A stretch of DNA of 64,000 nt from Candidatus Pacearchaeota archaeon (GCA_041649045.1 JBAZNV010000001.1:286728-350727); one strand, 5' to 3'; numbered from the stretch's first letter, positions 28,498-38,601 are shown. Numbers and translations are program-made. Notes: a model not told the origin generated them from the letters alone.

Positions 28498-30750
28498 TTA
28501 GATATTACTGGCATTCCCGCTAATAAATTCTTCGCCAACCGAGATATCCGGCCTTTGTTCAATTAAATAACGAGCGGCATCTAAGGTATCTTCTCTATTA
28601 TAACCAGCGACTAATGTGGCAATCATCCCTTCATTAAATGGAGATTGGAAAGTTTTTATTACATATTCTCCGCTGCCGACTCCCGTTTCTTCTTCCCATT
28701 CATCGCCACACAAAGGAAAATTTACGTTTAATAAAACTGCGGATAAATTATTCACGCACGTCCCTCCTACGACAATCAAATTTCTGTTCTCAATGCCATC
28801 CTCTCTCAAATCTCTATAGAAAATAATGTCAACATCATTTTCAGAAAAATTACCATTACCTGACGTTAATAATACTTTCCCGTAAGATTCTTCTCCGTGA
28901 TAAATTATTCTGGCGCTTGTCTGGCCATTTGAATCGATAAAAATTTGCGAAGCTAATGGTGACTCTATCCATCCGGTTCGAACATCTGAATTATCATTAA
29001 GAGAATCAAGGATTCCTCCTGCAAGAACGTCCGTACTTTCAATTGATCCAACTTCAACTTCGTCATTCGCAGTGTCAACTCTAATTGTCACGCCAAAACT
29101 TTGCCCTTGTCCGATATCCCCGTCTTCATTTTCTTCAGTCAAACTCAATATCCACTCTGAATCCGAACCTAACGATATCAAGCCAACGCCGGTTCCATCC
29201 GATACAGGCAAAAATATTTTCAGCCCTTCCTGTGTGTACAAAGTATTGAAACTTCCGCCTTCATTTATGGAGATTGTGGCTGAATTATTATCGTTATCTA
29301 TACTGACTACTGTTAACTCTATATCGCCAAAAGTAGCAGAATCTCCTGCTCTGACGCTGCTCTCTTCCTCGTCCCCTGTTACATGATTAAAAAAATCCAC
29401 CACATCATTATTCCCGTCTGTTGTTACATCCAACCGAAGAATAAAAGATTCTGCTGAATTTTCATCGTCCCAAGAAGCAACCAAATATTCATCCGTATCG
29501 TCATTCCATTCTATGGTATCTGTAGATGAAGTAACAAGCAAGTTATCTTCACCGTCCCCAATGGCAGAAAAAGTGTTTCCATCAGAAAAAAGAATGGGTA
29601 ATTCAAATGGATCGTCCGAGCCCTCAACTATCGCATTAAGAACAATCACGTCTTCCCCATTTGAATCGATAAGCAACTCTTCTTCTGTAGGTATAAAAAA
29701 TTCCTCCATTACAAATCTTAAATTTTCGAATAATGGCATTGCCGTCATCTCTTCAGCGTCTTCTGCAATAAACATATCTTCTTCCGCATTCCATTCAAAT
29801 GTAATGCTTCGAAGTTCATACTGATCTCCCGTCACTTCACTGTCTATATGAGCGATAAGCCCTTCGATATTATCATCTGCTATTTCGACTTCACCGCCAT
29901 CCGTCAAAGTAACACTTTTGGCTCCGATAAGAAATTGTACTCTTTGTACTCCCCCTGAGAAATCCTGATAATCAATTTCCGTGACAGCCACAGTTGTTCC
30001 CCGAATCGTTGCAGTATCTCCTTCCTGAAGCGACCTTGTTAATTCACCATTTACCCTAAGTCTTGCCTGATTTTGATTTATAAAAACAGCTTCAATAGTA
30101 AAAGAGTTGTCATCCTCAACAAACGTTTTGGTCTCTCCTAAATTCAAGCTGCTCTCAATCGCACCGGACAACATTTCGATTCTATCGTTTGAGTTCGCAG
30201 AAATTATTGTATATTCTCTTCCGAAAAGTTCTATTTGGGTGTTCTCGAAATCTGTCAAGTCGCCATTTGATATATCTGATTCGACAACGTCTGTAAAATC
30301 AACTGTATAATTTAAGATATGATCGCCATCTTCTATAAAAATCCCTATTGACGGATCGTCATCCCTATAATCATTATCCTGAAAAACAGTCAGTACCAAA
30401 TTTTCACTTAACGAAATTTCCTGATCATAATCGAAAAGGTCTCCCTTATTTGTCTCATACTCACCCTGAGATAAAAGAGAAGGAAGGTCATCTTCGTCTA
30501 TTGCTCCCCTCTGAATCTGCGACAAACTATCGCCAAGATTTAACCTGTCGTTTGATCTTTCAAAGGATAAAGATTCTTCTGAATTATTTTCGCCAAGCAA
30601 ATTATTTCTTATAATCTGAGCTGCAGAACGATCTTCATCACTCCCAATTACGACATAGACGTCACCTTCATCAAAAGTAGATGGGAACATTTGGGCTGAT
30701 GCCAAAACTAAAAAAGTGGTCATTGCCAATATTGCAATTACTTTTTTCAT
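28498..30750 (-). CDS. large secreted acidic protein (candidate S-layer/surface protein)
   Basis: N-terminal signal peptide MKKVIAILAMTTFLVLASA. 750 aa, strongly D/E-rich with beta-rich repeats. Confidence 0.5.
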   Translation of the reverse strand: MKKVIAILAMTTFLVLASAQMFPSTFDEGDVYVVIGSDEDRSAAQIIRNNLLGENNSEESLSFERSNDRLNLGDSLSQIQRGAIDEDDLPSLLSQGEYETNKGDLFDYDQEISLSENLVLTVFQDNDYRDDDPSIGIFIEDGDHILNYTVDFTDVVESDISNGDLTDFENTQIELFGREYTIISANSNDRIEMLSGAIESSLNLGETKTFVEDDNSFTIEAVFINQNQARLRVNGELTRSLQEGDTATIRGTTVAVTEIDYQDFSGGVQRVQFLIGAKSVTLTDGGEVEIADDNIEGLIAHIDSEVTGDQYELRSITFEWNAEEDMFIAEDAEEMTAMPLFENLRFVMEEFFIPTEEELLIDSNGEDVIVLNAIVEGSDDPFELPILFSDGNTFSAIGDGEDNLLVTSSTDTIEWNDDTDEYLVASWDDENSAESFILRLDVTTDGNNDVVDFFNHVTGDEEESSVRAGDSATFGDIELTVVSIDNDNNSATISINEGGSFNTLYTQEGLKIFLPVSDGTGVGLISLGSDSEWILSLTEENEDGDIGQGQSFGVTIRVDTANDEVEVGSIESTDVLAGGILDSLNDNSDVRTGWIESPLASQIFIDSNGQTSARIIYHGEESYGKVLLTSGNGNFSENDVDIIFYRDLREDGIENRNLIVVGGTCVNNLSAVLLNVNFPLCGDEWEEETGVGSGEYVIKTFQSPFNEGMIATLVAGYNREDTLDAARYLIEQRPDISVGEEFISGNASNI

Positions 30751-30905
30751 AACTCAATACCTCCTTTCAAATCTTGAATTATATCTAAAATACTTTCACT
30801 GGGAACTTTTTTTGTTTCCATAAAATATAAATATCGAATTAATTCATAAAAAGAAGCGGTATAGGAAAATACAGCTATGGCAAACTATACTTCAGGCACA
30901 ATCGA

Positions 30906-31340
30906 CTATTCCTTGTTTTTTTCAAAATACCCGGTTATTATTTGATTCTCAATAATATGCCCTGACATTGCCCTATTTATTTCCTCTTTTTTCCTGTTGT
31001 TTATGAACAAAATTGAATCAAGAATATAAAATGAAAAAATATATCTGTGTTTTCCAGAAGGAGGACATGGGCCAAAATATCCCGCTTTTCCCAAGCTATT
31101 TTCGCCCTGCATGCCCAAATTAGTATTTTCTTCTATTGTAATATCTTTACCCGAAAGAGGAATATTATAAATCACCCAATGAATAAAATTATTGGCATCA
31201 GGATCAATAACGATAATTGCCATGCTTTTCGCATTTTCGGGAATTTCCGATATTTTAAACGGTGGGCTTGTATTCTTGCCTTTACAGGTGTGTTTCACGG
31301 GGATGTCTTCATTGTCTTTGAAATTTGTTTCTATTATCAT
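30906..31340 (-). CDS. PEBP family protein (YbhB/YbcL-like)
   Basis: GKHRYIFSFYILD motif, characteristic of phosphatidylethanolamine-binding proteins. Confidence 0.7.
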   Translation of the reverse strand: MIIETNFKDNEDIPVKHTCKGKNTSPPFKISEIPENAKSMAIIVIDPDANNFIHWVIYNIPLSGKDITIEENTNLGMQGENSLGKAGYFGPCPPSGKHRYIFSFYILDSILFINNRKKEEINRAMSGHIIENQIITGYFEKNKE

Positions 31341-31399
31341 ATAAAATAAATTAAATTCAAGACTTAAGTAGTTGTTGTATTAGAACAAACATCTGATGT

Positions 31400-31840
31400 A
31401 TGATTATTTACAGCAAAATTTTTTATTCAAATTATATATTTAATTATATGAGACGCTTTAAACCTTTCATGCGACGAATAAGTGATTGGGCGAACGAGTT
31501 TCCCGACGAAGATTTCTCAAGCCCTGATGTAGATATTGTCGACAAAGAAGAAGAGTTAATGATAAAAATTGACTTACCTGGCGTGAAAAAAGAAGATATA
31601 AAATTGAATATAAATTCCGACTCAATTGAAATAAAATGCGAAAAAACAGAAGAAAGAAAAGATGAAGAAGAAGGTGATTATTATTTATCAGAGAGATATT
31701 ATCGAGGATTTTACAGAAAGATTTCATTGCCCAGATCGATAATACCAGAGGATGCGAAGGCAAGATTTCGCAACGGTGTTCTCGAAATTACTGCTCCAAA
31801 ATTCGAAGACGAATCTTCTAATGTGGAAATAGAAGATTAA
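31400..31840 (+). CDS. Hsp20/alpha-crystallin small heat-shock protein
   Basis: Alpha-crystallin domain (DIVDKEEELMIKIDLPGVKKEDIKL...GVLEITAPK). Confidence 0.75.
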   Translation: MIIYSKIFYSNYIFNYMRRFKPFMRRISDWANEFPDEDFSSPDVDIVDKEEELMIKIDLPGVKKEDIKLNINSDSIEIKCEKTEERKDEEEGDYYLSERYYRGFYRKISLPRSIIPEDAKARFRNGVLEITAPKFEDESSNVEIED

Positions 31841-31871
31841 TTTCCCGAAACCTTTATAACTGCTCTTTTAT

Positions 31872-33170
31872 TTGATTTATGTAAGAAACTGGAAAATTAA
31901 GTTAAATTATCAGTTCTTGAAAAAAATGAATGAGTTTGGAAAATTATCATTAAGTGAAAATTTATTAAAAATTCTTCGCGAAGAAGGTTTTGAAAAACCA
32001 CTTGAAATTCAGGAGAAAGTCTTGCCTTTAGCTATTGCTGAAAAAGATATCATCGGAAAATCAGAAACAGGCAGCGGGAAGACTCTTGCATTCGCTTTGC
32101 CAATTTTGCAAAATCTTAAACCAAATGGAAATGTCCAAGCCTTGATTCTTACTCCAACCCGTGAGCTCGCAGAACAGATCACGAGAACTTTCGAAAAATT
32201 TTCTAAAAATTCAAAAATTGAAATTACGTCGGTATACGGTGGTGTAAATATAAATACCCAAATAAAAAAAATTCCTTACAGTGACATAATTGTAGCAACT
32301 CCCGGCAGAATTCTTGATCATCTTCAGAGAAATACGCTTGAGCTAAGGCATATAAAATTTTTAGTTTTGGACGAAGTTGACAGAATGTTTGATATGGGAT
32401 TTTATCCTGACGTTGAAAAAATAATCTCGAAGTGCCCGAAGGAAAGACAAACCCTGCTCTTTTCAGCAACAATTTCTCATGAAATTGATTACCTTGCGAA
32501 AAAACATACTAATGAAGCAATCCGTGTTTCTACAAATTCTTATGTTGATCCGACAAAGCTTGAGCAAGTTTATTATGATACGCCTGGCAATCTCAAGTTT
32601 TCTCTTTTGGTGCACCTGCTTAAAGAAGAAAAATCAAATCTGGTAATGGTTTTTTGCAACACAAAAAGAAACACCGATCTTGTTTCAAAATTATTGAGAA
32701 AAGTTGGATTGAACGCAAGCGCGATTCACGGAGATCTGACTCAAAATCAAAGACAAAGAACGTTGGATAATTTTCACAAACAGCATGTCAATATTCTCGT
32801 TTGCACCGATGTAGCCGCAAGGGGATTGGATATAAAAGGAGTAAGCCATGTTTATAATTACGATCTCCCATCAAAAAGCGATGATTACATTCACAGAGTT
32901 GGAAGAACCGCGAGAGCGAAAAAAGAAGGAAAGGCTATAGCCCTACTTTCTGATAGAGATTATGAAAACTTCGACAGAATTCTTAAATCAAATCCCAAAT
33001 TAAAAATCGAACGAAAAGAAATGCCGAAAATTGAAGTCATAAAAATCGAAAAAGACTTTAACAACCGTGAAAGATTTGGCGACAGAAGAACTTGGAATAA
33101 AAGTCCAAGAAGAAGAAGCAATCAAAGAAATTCAAACAGAAGATTTGGGAACAGAGATAGCAGACGCTAA
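31872..33170 (+). CDS. DEAD-box ATP-dependent RNA helicase
   Basis: Q motif, motif I SETGSGKT, DEVD, SAT, HRVGRTAR, and an R/S/N-rich C-terminal tail. Likely start at MNEF (31926). Confidence 0.85.
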   Translation: MIYVRNWKIKLNYQFLKKMNEFGKLSLSENLLKILREEGFEKPLEIQEKVLPLAIAEKDIIGKSETGSGKTLAFALPILQNLKPNGNVQALILTPTRELAEQITRTFEKFSKNSKIEITSVYGGVNINTQIKKIPYSDIIVATPGRILDHLQRNTLELRHIKFLVLDEVDRMFDMGFYPDVEKIISKCPKERQTLLFSATISHEIDYLAKKHTNEAIRVSTNSYVDPTKLEQVYYDTPGNLKFSLLVHLLKEEKSNLVMVFCNTKRNTDLVSKLLRKVGLNASAIHGDLTQNQRQRTLDNFHKQHVNILVCTDVAARGLDIKGVSHVYNYDLPSKSDDYIHRVGRTARAKKEGKAIALLSDRDYENFDRILKSNPKLKIERKEMPKIEVIKIEKDFNNRERFGDRRTWNKSPRRRSNQRNSNRRFGNRDSRR

Positions 33171-33412
33171 TCCTGATCCAAGCCTACATTATCGTAAGTA
33201 TAAATTGTTGGCTCTTCTTTTTTGACTTCGGAATTCTGATTGGGTTCGGAACTTTCAGCTTCTTGTTTTAGAGAAATTATATCCGGATTTTCGAATGTTT
33301 CTTTTTTTTTCATTGAACTAACCGCCCAATGATAAAGAAGCACGAGCACTAAAAGTATAAAACAAATTACAATTATCCCGATAAAAATCCAGTCAACTGA
33401 ATCCAGCACCAT
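33167..33412 (-). CDS. small membrane protein
   Basis: Single TM segment (IFIGIIVICFILLVLVLLY). Confidence 0.3.
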   Translation of the reverse strand: MVLDSVDWIFIGIIVICFILLVLVLLYHWAVSSMKKKETFENPDIISLKQEAESSEPNQNSEVKKEEPTIYTYDNVGLDQD

Positions 33413-33628
33413 GAATATAATTTAATTTTAAACTATATAAAACTGTCCCCTTAATATTTTTAAAAACATTAAAAGAAAACCTTTTTTGTTCAAATACTTT
33501 ATTAAATTTCTGTAAAATGTATCTTGAATCTTTTCACTGCTTCAGCTATCTATTTTTTGTATTGTCTGGGACAATAATTTATGTTTATAAAATAAACAAA
33601 TATTATATTATAAGAATTTGTTTTAAAA

Positions 33629-34621
33629 TCATTTCCATTTTACTTCTACATCATCGGTTCTTTCTCGCGGAGAGATATCAATTTCATCAAACTCTTGAAC
33701 ATTTTTGGAAATTCCTGCTTTTAACATTTTGAGTCCGAGATATCCGATCATCCCGGCATTATCTACAAGCAAACTTTTTTCAGGGCAAAAAAATTTCACG
33801 TTTCTTTCCTCGCACATAATTTTGCACATTTCCTGTAAACGTGAATTACAGGCAACTCCTCCCCCGAGCAAAAGTTCTTTTTTCCCGGTGTGAGCCAGCG
33901 CCCTTTCAGCAGCCTCGACAAGCATCGCAAAAACAGTTTCTTGCATCGAAAAAGACAAATCTTCAATTGGGATACCTTTACTTAGAAGATTCCTTAATTT
34001 TGTTTGAATCCCTGAAAACGAAACATCCATTCCTTTTATTGAGTATGGAAGTTCTATATAATTTTTCGATTGTTCGGCTAATTTTTGGATTTTCGGCCCG
34101 CCCGGGAAACCAATTCCTGCAAAACGTGCAAACGTGTCAATAAAATTTCCGACGCCAAGATCCAGTGTTTCGCCAAAAACCCTGAATTTTCCAGCTTCGT
34201 ATGCAATTACCTGAGTATTGGCTCCAGAGGCGTAAAGAAGAACAGGGTCTTTTGCTCCGGTCGTTTCTCCAATCTCAAGATGAGCAATACAATGATTCAC
34301 TGGAATGATGGGTATACCAAATTTTTTAGCAATCTTTTTACTAAACTCCATCCCCTCTAATAAGCACGGAGCAAGTCCGGGAGCGTTTGAAAAGGAAATA
34401 GCAATAATATCTTTCTCGCTAATTTTAGCTTCATCAATCGCTTTCCAATATAAACCTTCGGCAACTTTCTTGTGATGCTTTCTAACTTCTAACGGAATCA
34501 TCCCGCCTTGCTCCGTTGTGTAGACGTCTTTTAGGTTTGACAATATTTTTCCTTCAAAATCTAAAATTGCAACTCCGAATGTATGCGCTGTTGATTCAAT
34601 ACCAAGGATATATTTTTTCAT
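33629..34621 (-). CDS. kae1: tRNA N6-threonylcarbamoyladenosine synthase Kae1
   Basis: Kae1/TsaD fold with metal-binding histidines (NHCIAHLE) and a GGVACN segment. No Bud32 fusion. Confidence 0.85.
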   Translation of the reverse strand: MKKYILGIESTAHTFGVAILDFEGKILSNLKDVYTTEQGGMIPLEVRKHHKKVAEGLYWKAIDEAKISEKDIIAISFSNAPGLAPCLLEGMEFSKKIAKKFGIPIIPVNHCIAHLEIGETTGAKDPVLLYASGANTQVIAYEAGKFRVFGETLDLGVGNFIDTFARFAGIGFPGGPKIQKLAEQSKNYIELPYSIKGMDVSFSGIQTKLRNLLSKGIPIEDLSFSMQETVFAMLVEAAERALAHTGKKELLLGGGVACNSRLQEMCKIMCEERNVKFFCPEKSLLVDNAGMIGYLGLKMLKAGISKNVQEFDEIDISPRERTDDVEVKWK

Positions 34622-34732
34622 TAATTAATTTAAAATAAATTAGTTTATAAATTTTTGATTAGCCCCAAACTCTCTTCTGATTCTTTTTATATATTGCGAG
34701 ATGCTTTCGCTGCCGCCGGAACAATAGAGGGA

Positions 34733-34936
34733 TTATCTGAATGAAGAAGGACTACTCCCATATAAAGGGTCTTGATAGCGTTGTTGCGAATTATTATAAG
34801 CGTCTTGGATTTTCTTTTTTTGTCTTTCTGCTTCTCTGTTAAGATTGGCTGCTATTTCAGTGGCTTTACTAAATCTTTCATATCTATTATTATGTGTATG
34901 TTCTTGGGTTTTCTTTTTATGCCCATGTTTGCTCAT
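34733..34936 (-). CDS. small basic hypothetical protein
   Basis: 67-aa K/R/H-rich ORF. Confidence 0.25.
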   Translation of the reverse strand: MSKHGHKKKTQEHTHNNRYERFSKATEIAANLNREAERQKKKIQDAYNNSQQRYQDPLYGSSPSSFR

Positions 34937-35057
34937 TTTATTTTTTAAAGTTTTAAATTTTTAAATTTAATTGTGATATAGTAGTCTAATTTTATCTTCA
35001 AAAATTTTAAATATGTTGGGCATAAAATTATAAATAGTAGAAAATCTCATTTTTAAT

Positions 35058-36101
35058 ATGGTGATTGAAAAAGAAAAAAGTTTCTTTGATTTTATAAAAT
35101 TAGTGTCACCAGGGATGCCATTAAGAACGGTTGTCAACGATCTTGTTGAATCGGGACTGGGCGCAATAATTGTTTTTGATTCTCCAGAACTTCATGAACA
35201 AAATCTTTTTGAAGGTGGATTTAGAATTAATTGCAGGTTTACTCAACAAAAACTGTTTGAACTCTGTAAAATGGATGGGGGGATTATTGTTTCTACGGAT
35301 TTGAGCAGGATACTTTATGCAAATGTCTTGATGACGCCCGATAATTCACTTCATACCCACGAAACCGGGACCAGGCACAAGGCAGCCGAAAGGATTGCGA
35401 AACAAGCAAAAACTTTTGTGATAGCTGTTTCGGAAAGAAAAAGAAAAACTACATTGTATTACTCAAAAACAAGATACTATCTAAAAACCGTCGATGAATT
35501 AATTAGAGGAATTAGTTCCATACTTCAGGTGCTTGAAAAACAAAGAGAAATTTTCGATGATCTTCTGAATAATCTTAACATACTTGAAATGTCAGAACTC
35601 GTTTCTGTAAGCGATGTTTGCAAGGTCATACAAAGAGCCGAAATGATCCTGAAAATTTCCGACACAATAAAAAAGAATTTTACAGAACTTGGGAAAGAAG
35701 GAAGTATTATGCAGATGAGGTACCGTGAACTCGTTCGGGGAATTGAAAAAATTGAGAACGAAGTTTTAAGAGATTATTCTATAATTTCCCTAAAAAAATC
35801 GACGACACTTTTATCGAACCTTACTTATGACGGGCTGCTGGATATCGAATCAATTTCAAGATTAATCATAGAAAAGCCTTTGGAAGAAAGCATTTCGCCG
35901 AAAGGTTTTAGGTTTTTGTCGCACTTGACTCTTGCAGAAAAAGAAATTTCTCAAATCGTAAAACAATTCGGAAACTTAAGAAATATCTTGATAAGCGACT
36001 CCTCGAATTTCGAAAATATTCTTAAAGGTCGTGCAAGCAAAATGAAAGAAGAAATTTTGAATTTGAAAGAACAAGTTTTGAGTGGGAAGGTGGTTTGCTA
36101 A
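35058..36101 (+). CDS. dacZ: diadenylate cyclase (DAC domain; archaeal DacZ-like)
   Basis: DAC motifs DGGIIV (DGA-like) and HETGTRHKAAERIAKQAKTFVIAVSE (the GTRHRAA..vSEE signature). Confidence 0.75.
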   Translation: MVIEKEKSFFDFIKLVSPGMPLRTVVNDLVESGLGAIIVFDSPELHEQNLFEGGFRINCRFTQQKLFELCKMDGGIIVSTDLSRILYANVLMTPDNSLHTHETGTRHKAAERIAKQAKTFVIAVSERKRKTTLYYSKTRYYLKTVDELIRGISSILQVLEKQREIFDDLLNNLNILEMSELVSVSDVCKVIQRAEMILKISDTIKKNFTELGKEGSIMQMRYRELVRGIEKIENEVLRDYSIISLKKSTTLLSNLTYDGLLDIESISRLIIEKPLEESISPKGFRFLSHLTLAEKEISQIVKQFGNLRNILISDSSNFENILKGRASKMKEEILNLKEQVLSGKVVC

Positions 36102-36273
36102 CAATTACTTCGAGAAAATGTTTTTAATTTATAGTTTGTGATAGTCTAAATTAAATGATTTGGGGGACATTTTTAGAAAGATTAGAAACCATGTTCTTAG
36201 AACAATTAAATTTAATTTCAATTTTCCGTTTGATTATCACAAACTATAAAACCTTTCAATTATTATCACAAAT

Positions 36274-37320
36274 ATGCTATCACAAAAACAACTTGATGAA
36301 ATTAGAAAACATCTTGAAAATTCGCAAAATCCACTTTTCTTTTTCGATAATGACGTGGATGGACTTTGTTCGTTTTTAATTCTAAGACGAGCGATTGACA
36401 GGGGCCGTGGTATACCAATAAAATCATTCCCAGATTTAAAAGAACAATATTTAAAAAAAGTAGAAGAAATCCTGCCAGATTCAATTTTTATTTTGGACAA
36501 AGCCGAAGTCAGCGCAGAATTTATTTTTGGCGTGAAAGAAAAGGGTCTTCCGATTATTTGGATTGACCACCATGAATCAAAAACACCAAAAGAAATAATA
36601 AAGAATACTTTTTATTTTAATTCGATGCCGACGGCAGAACCAACAACTTTTATTGCACAAAATATTTTTAAAAGGAAAGAAGATTTATGGCTCGCCCTAA
36701 TCGGATGTATTGGGGATGTTTATATGCCGAAATTCGCTGAAAGTTTTGAAAAAGATTCGCCGGAACTTTTTAATTCTAAGCTTTCAGCCTTCGAAGCACT
36801 TTATTTAACAGAAATCGGGAAAATGGCAAGAATGCTAAACTTCGGGCTGATGGACACGACGACGAATGTTGTGAATATGATAAAATATCTTTTCAGGGCA
36901 AAAAATAGCTACGATCTTTTTGAAGAAAATACTTTCACAAAAAATTTACATAATAAATATAGGAAACTTAATGAGTTTTATTTTAAACAAATAAGCAAAG
37001 CTGAAGCAAATTTTAAAGAAGATTCTAAGGCAATTTTTTTTTCATACGCCGGGACAAGCATGTCATCCGAAATTGCAAACGGATTATATTTCAAACATAA
37101 AGACAAGCTGATCGTCGTCGCATTTAAAAGACCCGATAAAATAAATATTTCCATAAGAGGCAAAAATGCGCTCGAAATAACAAAAAAGGTTATACAAAAA
37201 ATTGATGGCGCAACTGGCGGCGGGCACAAAGAAGCAACGGGAGCCATGATTCCTGTTGATAAATATGAAAACTTCAAAAAAGAAATATTAAAAATACTTG
37301 ACGAATCTTCGTCCTTATAA
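36274..37320 (+). CDS. DHH/DHHA1 family phosphoesterase (NrnA-like)
   Basis: DHH motif (IWIDHHESK), N-terminal FDNDVDG aspartates, and C-terminal DHHA1 GGGH motif (GGGHKEATGA). Confidence 0.7.
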   Translation: MLSQKQLDEIRKHLENSQNPLFFFDNDVDGLCSFLILRRAIDRGRGIPIKSFPDLKEQYLKKVEEILPDSIFILDKAEVSAEFIFGVKEKGLPIIWIDHHESKTPKEIIKNTFYFNSMPTAEPTTFIAQNIFKRKEDLWLALIGCIGDVYMPKFAESFEKDSPELFNSKLSAFEALYLTEIGKMARMLNFGLMDTTTNVVNMIKYLFRAKNSYDLFEENTFTKNLHNKYRKLNEFYFKQISKAEANFKEDSKAIFFSYAGTSMSSEIANGLYFKHKDKLIVVAFKRPDKINISIRGKNALEITKKVIQKIDGATGGGHKEATGAMIPVDKYENFKKEILKILDESSSL

Positions 37321-37368
37321 ATGTTAATAGAGTAAATTTTAAAAGCTTCCTTATTCTTTGTGTTTTAT

Positions 37369-37521
37369 GCTCTCGTAGTCTAGAGGCCAAGGATACCACC
37401 CTCTCAGTCGGGGAAGTTTAAATCGTTGAGATGATAACTTCGGTTCGCTTGAACAACCCAAAATCTCTATAGATTTCTAAGGAGAACGGTGGCGACCCGA
37501 GTTCAAATCTCGGCGAGAGCA
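37369..37521 (+). tRNA. tRNA-Glu (anticodon CTC) with 80-nt intron at the canonical 37/38 position
   Basis: Acceptor GCTCTCG/CGAGAGC, AGAGGCCAA D-loop typical of tRNA-Glu, anticodon stem CCACC/GGTGG, loop CTCTCA|intron|C, T arm CCGAG-TTCAAAT-CTCGG, discriminator A. Confidence 0.65.
37407..37486 (+). other. tRNA-Glu intron
   Basis: Segment between the anticodon-loop halves. Partial helix between exon tctc and intron gaga is consistent with a relaxed bulge-helix-bulge. Confidence 0.5.
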
Positions 37522-37527
37522 TAATAC
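37506..37527 (+). repeat. direct repeat copy 1 (tRNA-Glu 3' end, aatctcggcgagagcataatac)
   Basis: 22-nt exact repeat, found again at 38000..38021. Confidence 0.7.
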
Positions 37528-37589
37528 GTTTATGATTTTTGAGTAATAACAACGGAAAAGTTTAAATATGAAATTTTTGTACATAAGAT

Positions 37590-37979
37590 ATGAATTCGCC
37601 TAATCCATTACCTTATGTACATGTAAAAATTCAAAAAGTTTTAGAATTAGAAGGAGCAATAAGAAAAGATTTCAATTGTAGAACTTCGGTTTGCGCGCAT
37701 GTTTCTACGCCATGCGAAAAAGAAGGAAGAGATGTTCAGTATGTTATGATGGATCTTTTTCCTCGAAATGGAATTATGTACTTGGGAAATATCAATCCTG
37801 AAACCAAAATATTTGAATGTTTTGATATGAGCAAGATTGCGTTATATGAAAGAGCGAACAACCATGTAGTAAAAAAAGTTATGGTGCCAATAAGTCAATT
37901 TTCAAAATTAAAAACATTAGAAGAAGTTTTATCAATTGAAGGCATTTCGGTTAAAAGAGAATTAATTCCGAGCGACTAG
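37590..37979 (+). CDS. hypothetical protein inside the repeat-flanked segment
   Basis: 129-aa ORF with no motif recognised. Confidence 0.3.
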   Translation: MNSPNPLPYVHVKIQKVLELEGAIRKDFNCRTSVCAHVSTPCEKEGRDVQYVMMDLFPRNGIMYLGNINPETKIFECFDMSKIALYERANNHVVKKVMVPISQFSKLKTLEEVLSIEGISVKRELIPSD

Positions 37980-37999
37980 TCATATTCAATGCTTTGGGT

Positions 38000-38021
38000 A
38001 ATCTCGGCGAGAGCATAATAC
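38000..38021 (+). repeat. direct repeat copy 2 (duplicate of tRNA-Glu 3' end)
   Basis: Identical 22-mer about 494 bp downstream of copy 1. Confidence 0.7.
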
Positions 38022-38033
38022 AAAACATATTCT

Positions 38034-38519
38034 CTAAATTTTATTTTTTAAATCCTCAATTTGAGAAATTATTTCTTTGTTCTCTAATTCTTTTCGTTCA
38101 ATTTCTTCATTTGTTAAATTATCGTACAAAATATTTTTTTTATTTTGAATTGAATCTATCGTCAACGAAATAATATGAAGTTTTACCAACATAATTTCAC
38201 ACTTTTTTCTTATAGTTTCACTTTTTTCTTCAACATATAATCTCCCAACTTTCCCCATTAAATTATTAATTTTCATTCTACAATCTTCAATTGTTTCATT
38301 TTGTTCATTATTTAGGTAGAGCTCAATTTCAGATTGGCAATTTTCAATTTCTAAATACTCGTTTTCTAATTTTTCAATGGATAAATTTGACATTTTTTGA
38401 TCAAAATTAAACTTAAAGTTGCCAGAAAAAGAATTGACTATTAAAATCAAAACAACTAACAGCCCGGCGACACTCAAAATCCAATATTTTTTGTGTTTCG
38501 TCATGAAATATACAAACAA
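38034..38519 (-). CDS. membrane-anchored coiled-coil protein
   Basis: N-terminal TM (YWILSVAGLLVVLILIV) followed by coiled-coil. Confidence 0.35.
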   Translation of the reverse strand: MFVYFMTKHKKYWILSVAGLLVVLILIVNSFSGNFKFNFDQKMSNLSIEKLENEYLEIENCQSEIELYLNNEQNETIEDCRMKINNLMGKVGRLYVEEKSETIRKKCEIMLVKLHIISLTIDSIQNKKNILYDNLTNEEIERKELENKEIISQIEDLKNKI

Positions 38520-38601
38520 ATTAAATATTTAAAGCTTCCATCCAAAATCTTTTGTATATTGTGCAACAAAAACAATTTAAATTGCATTTCTATCTCAAAC
38601 C

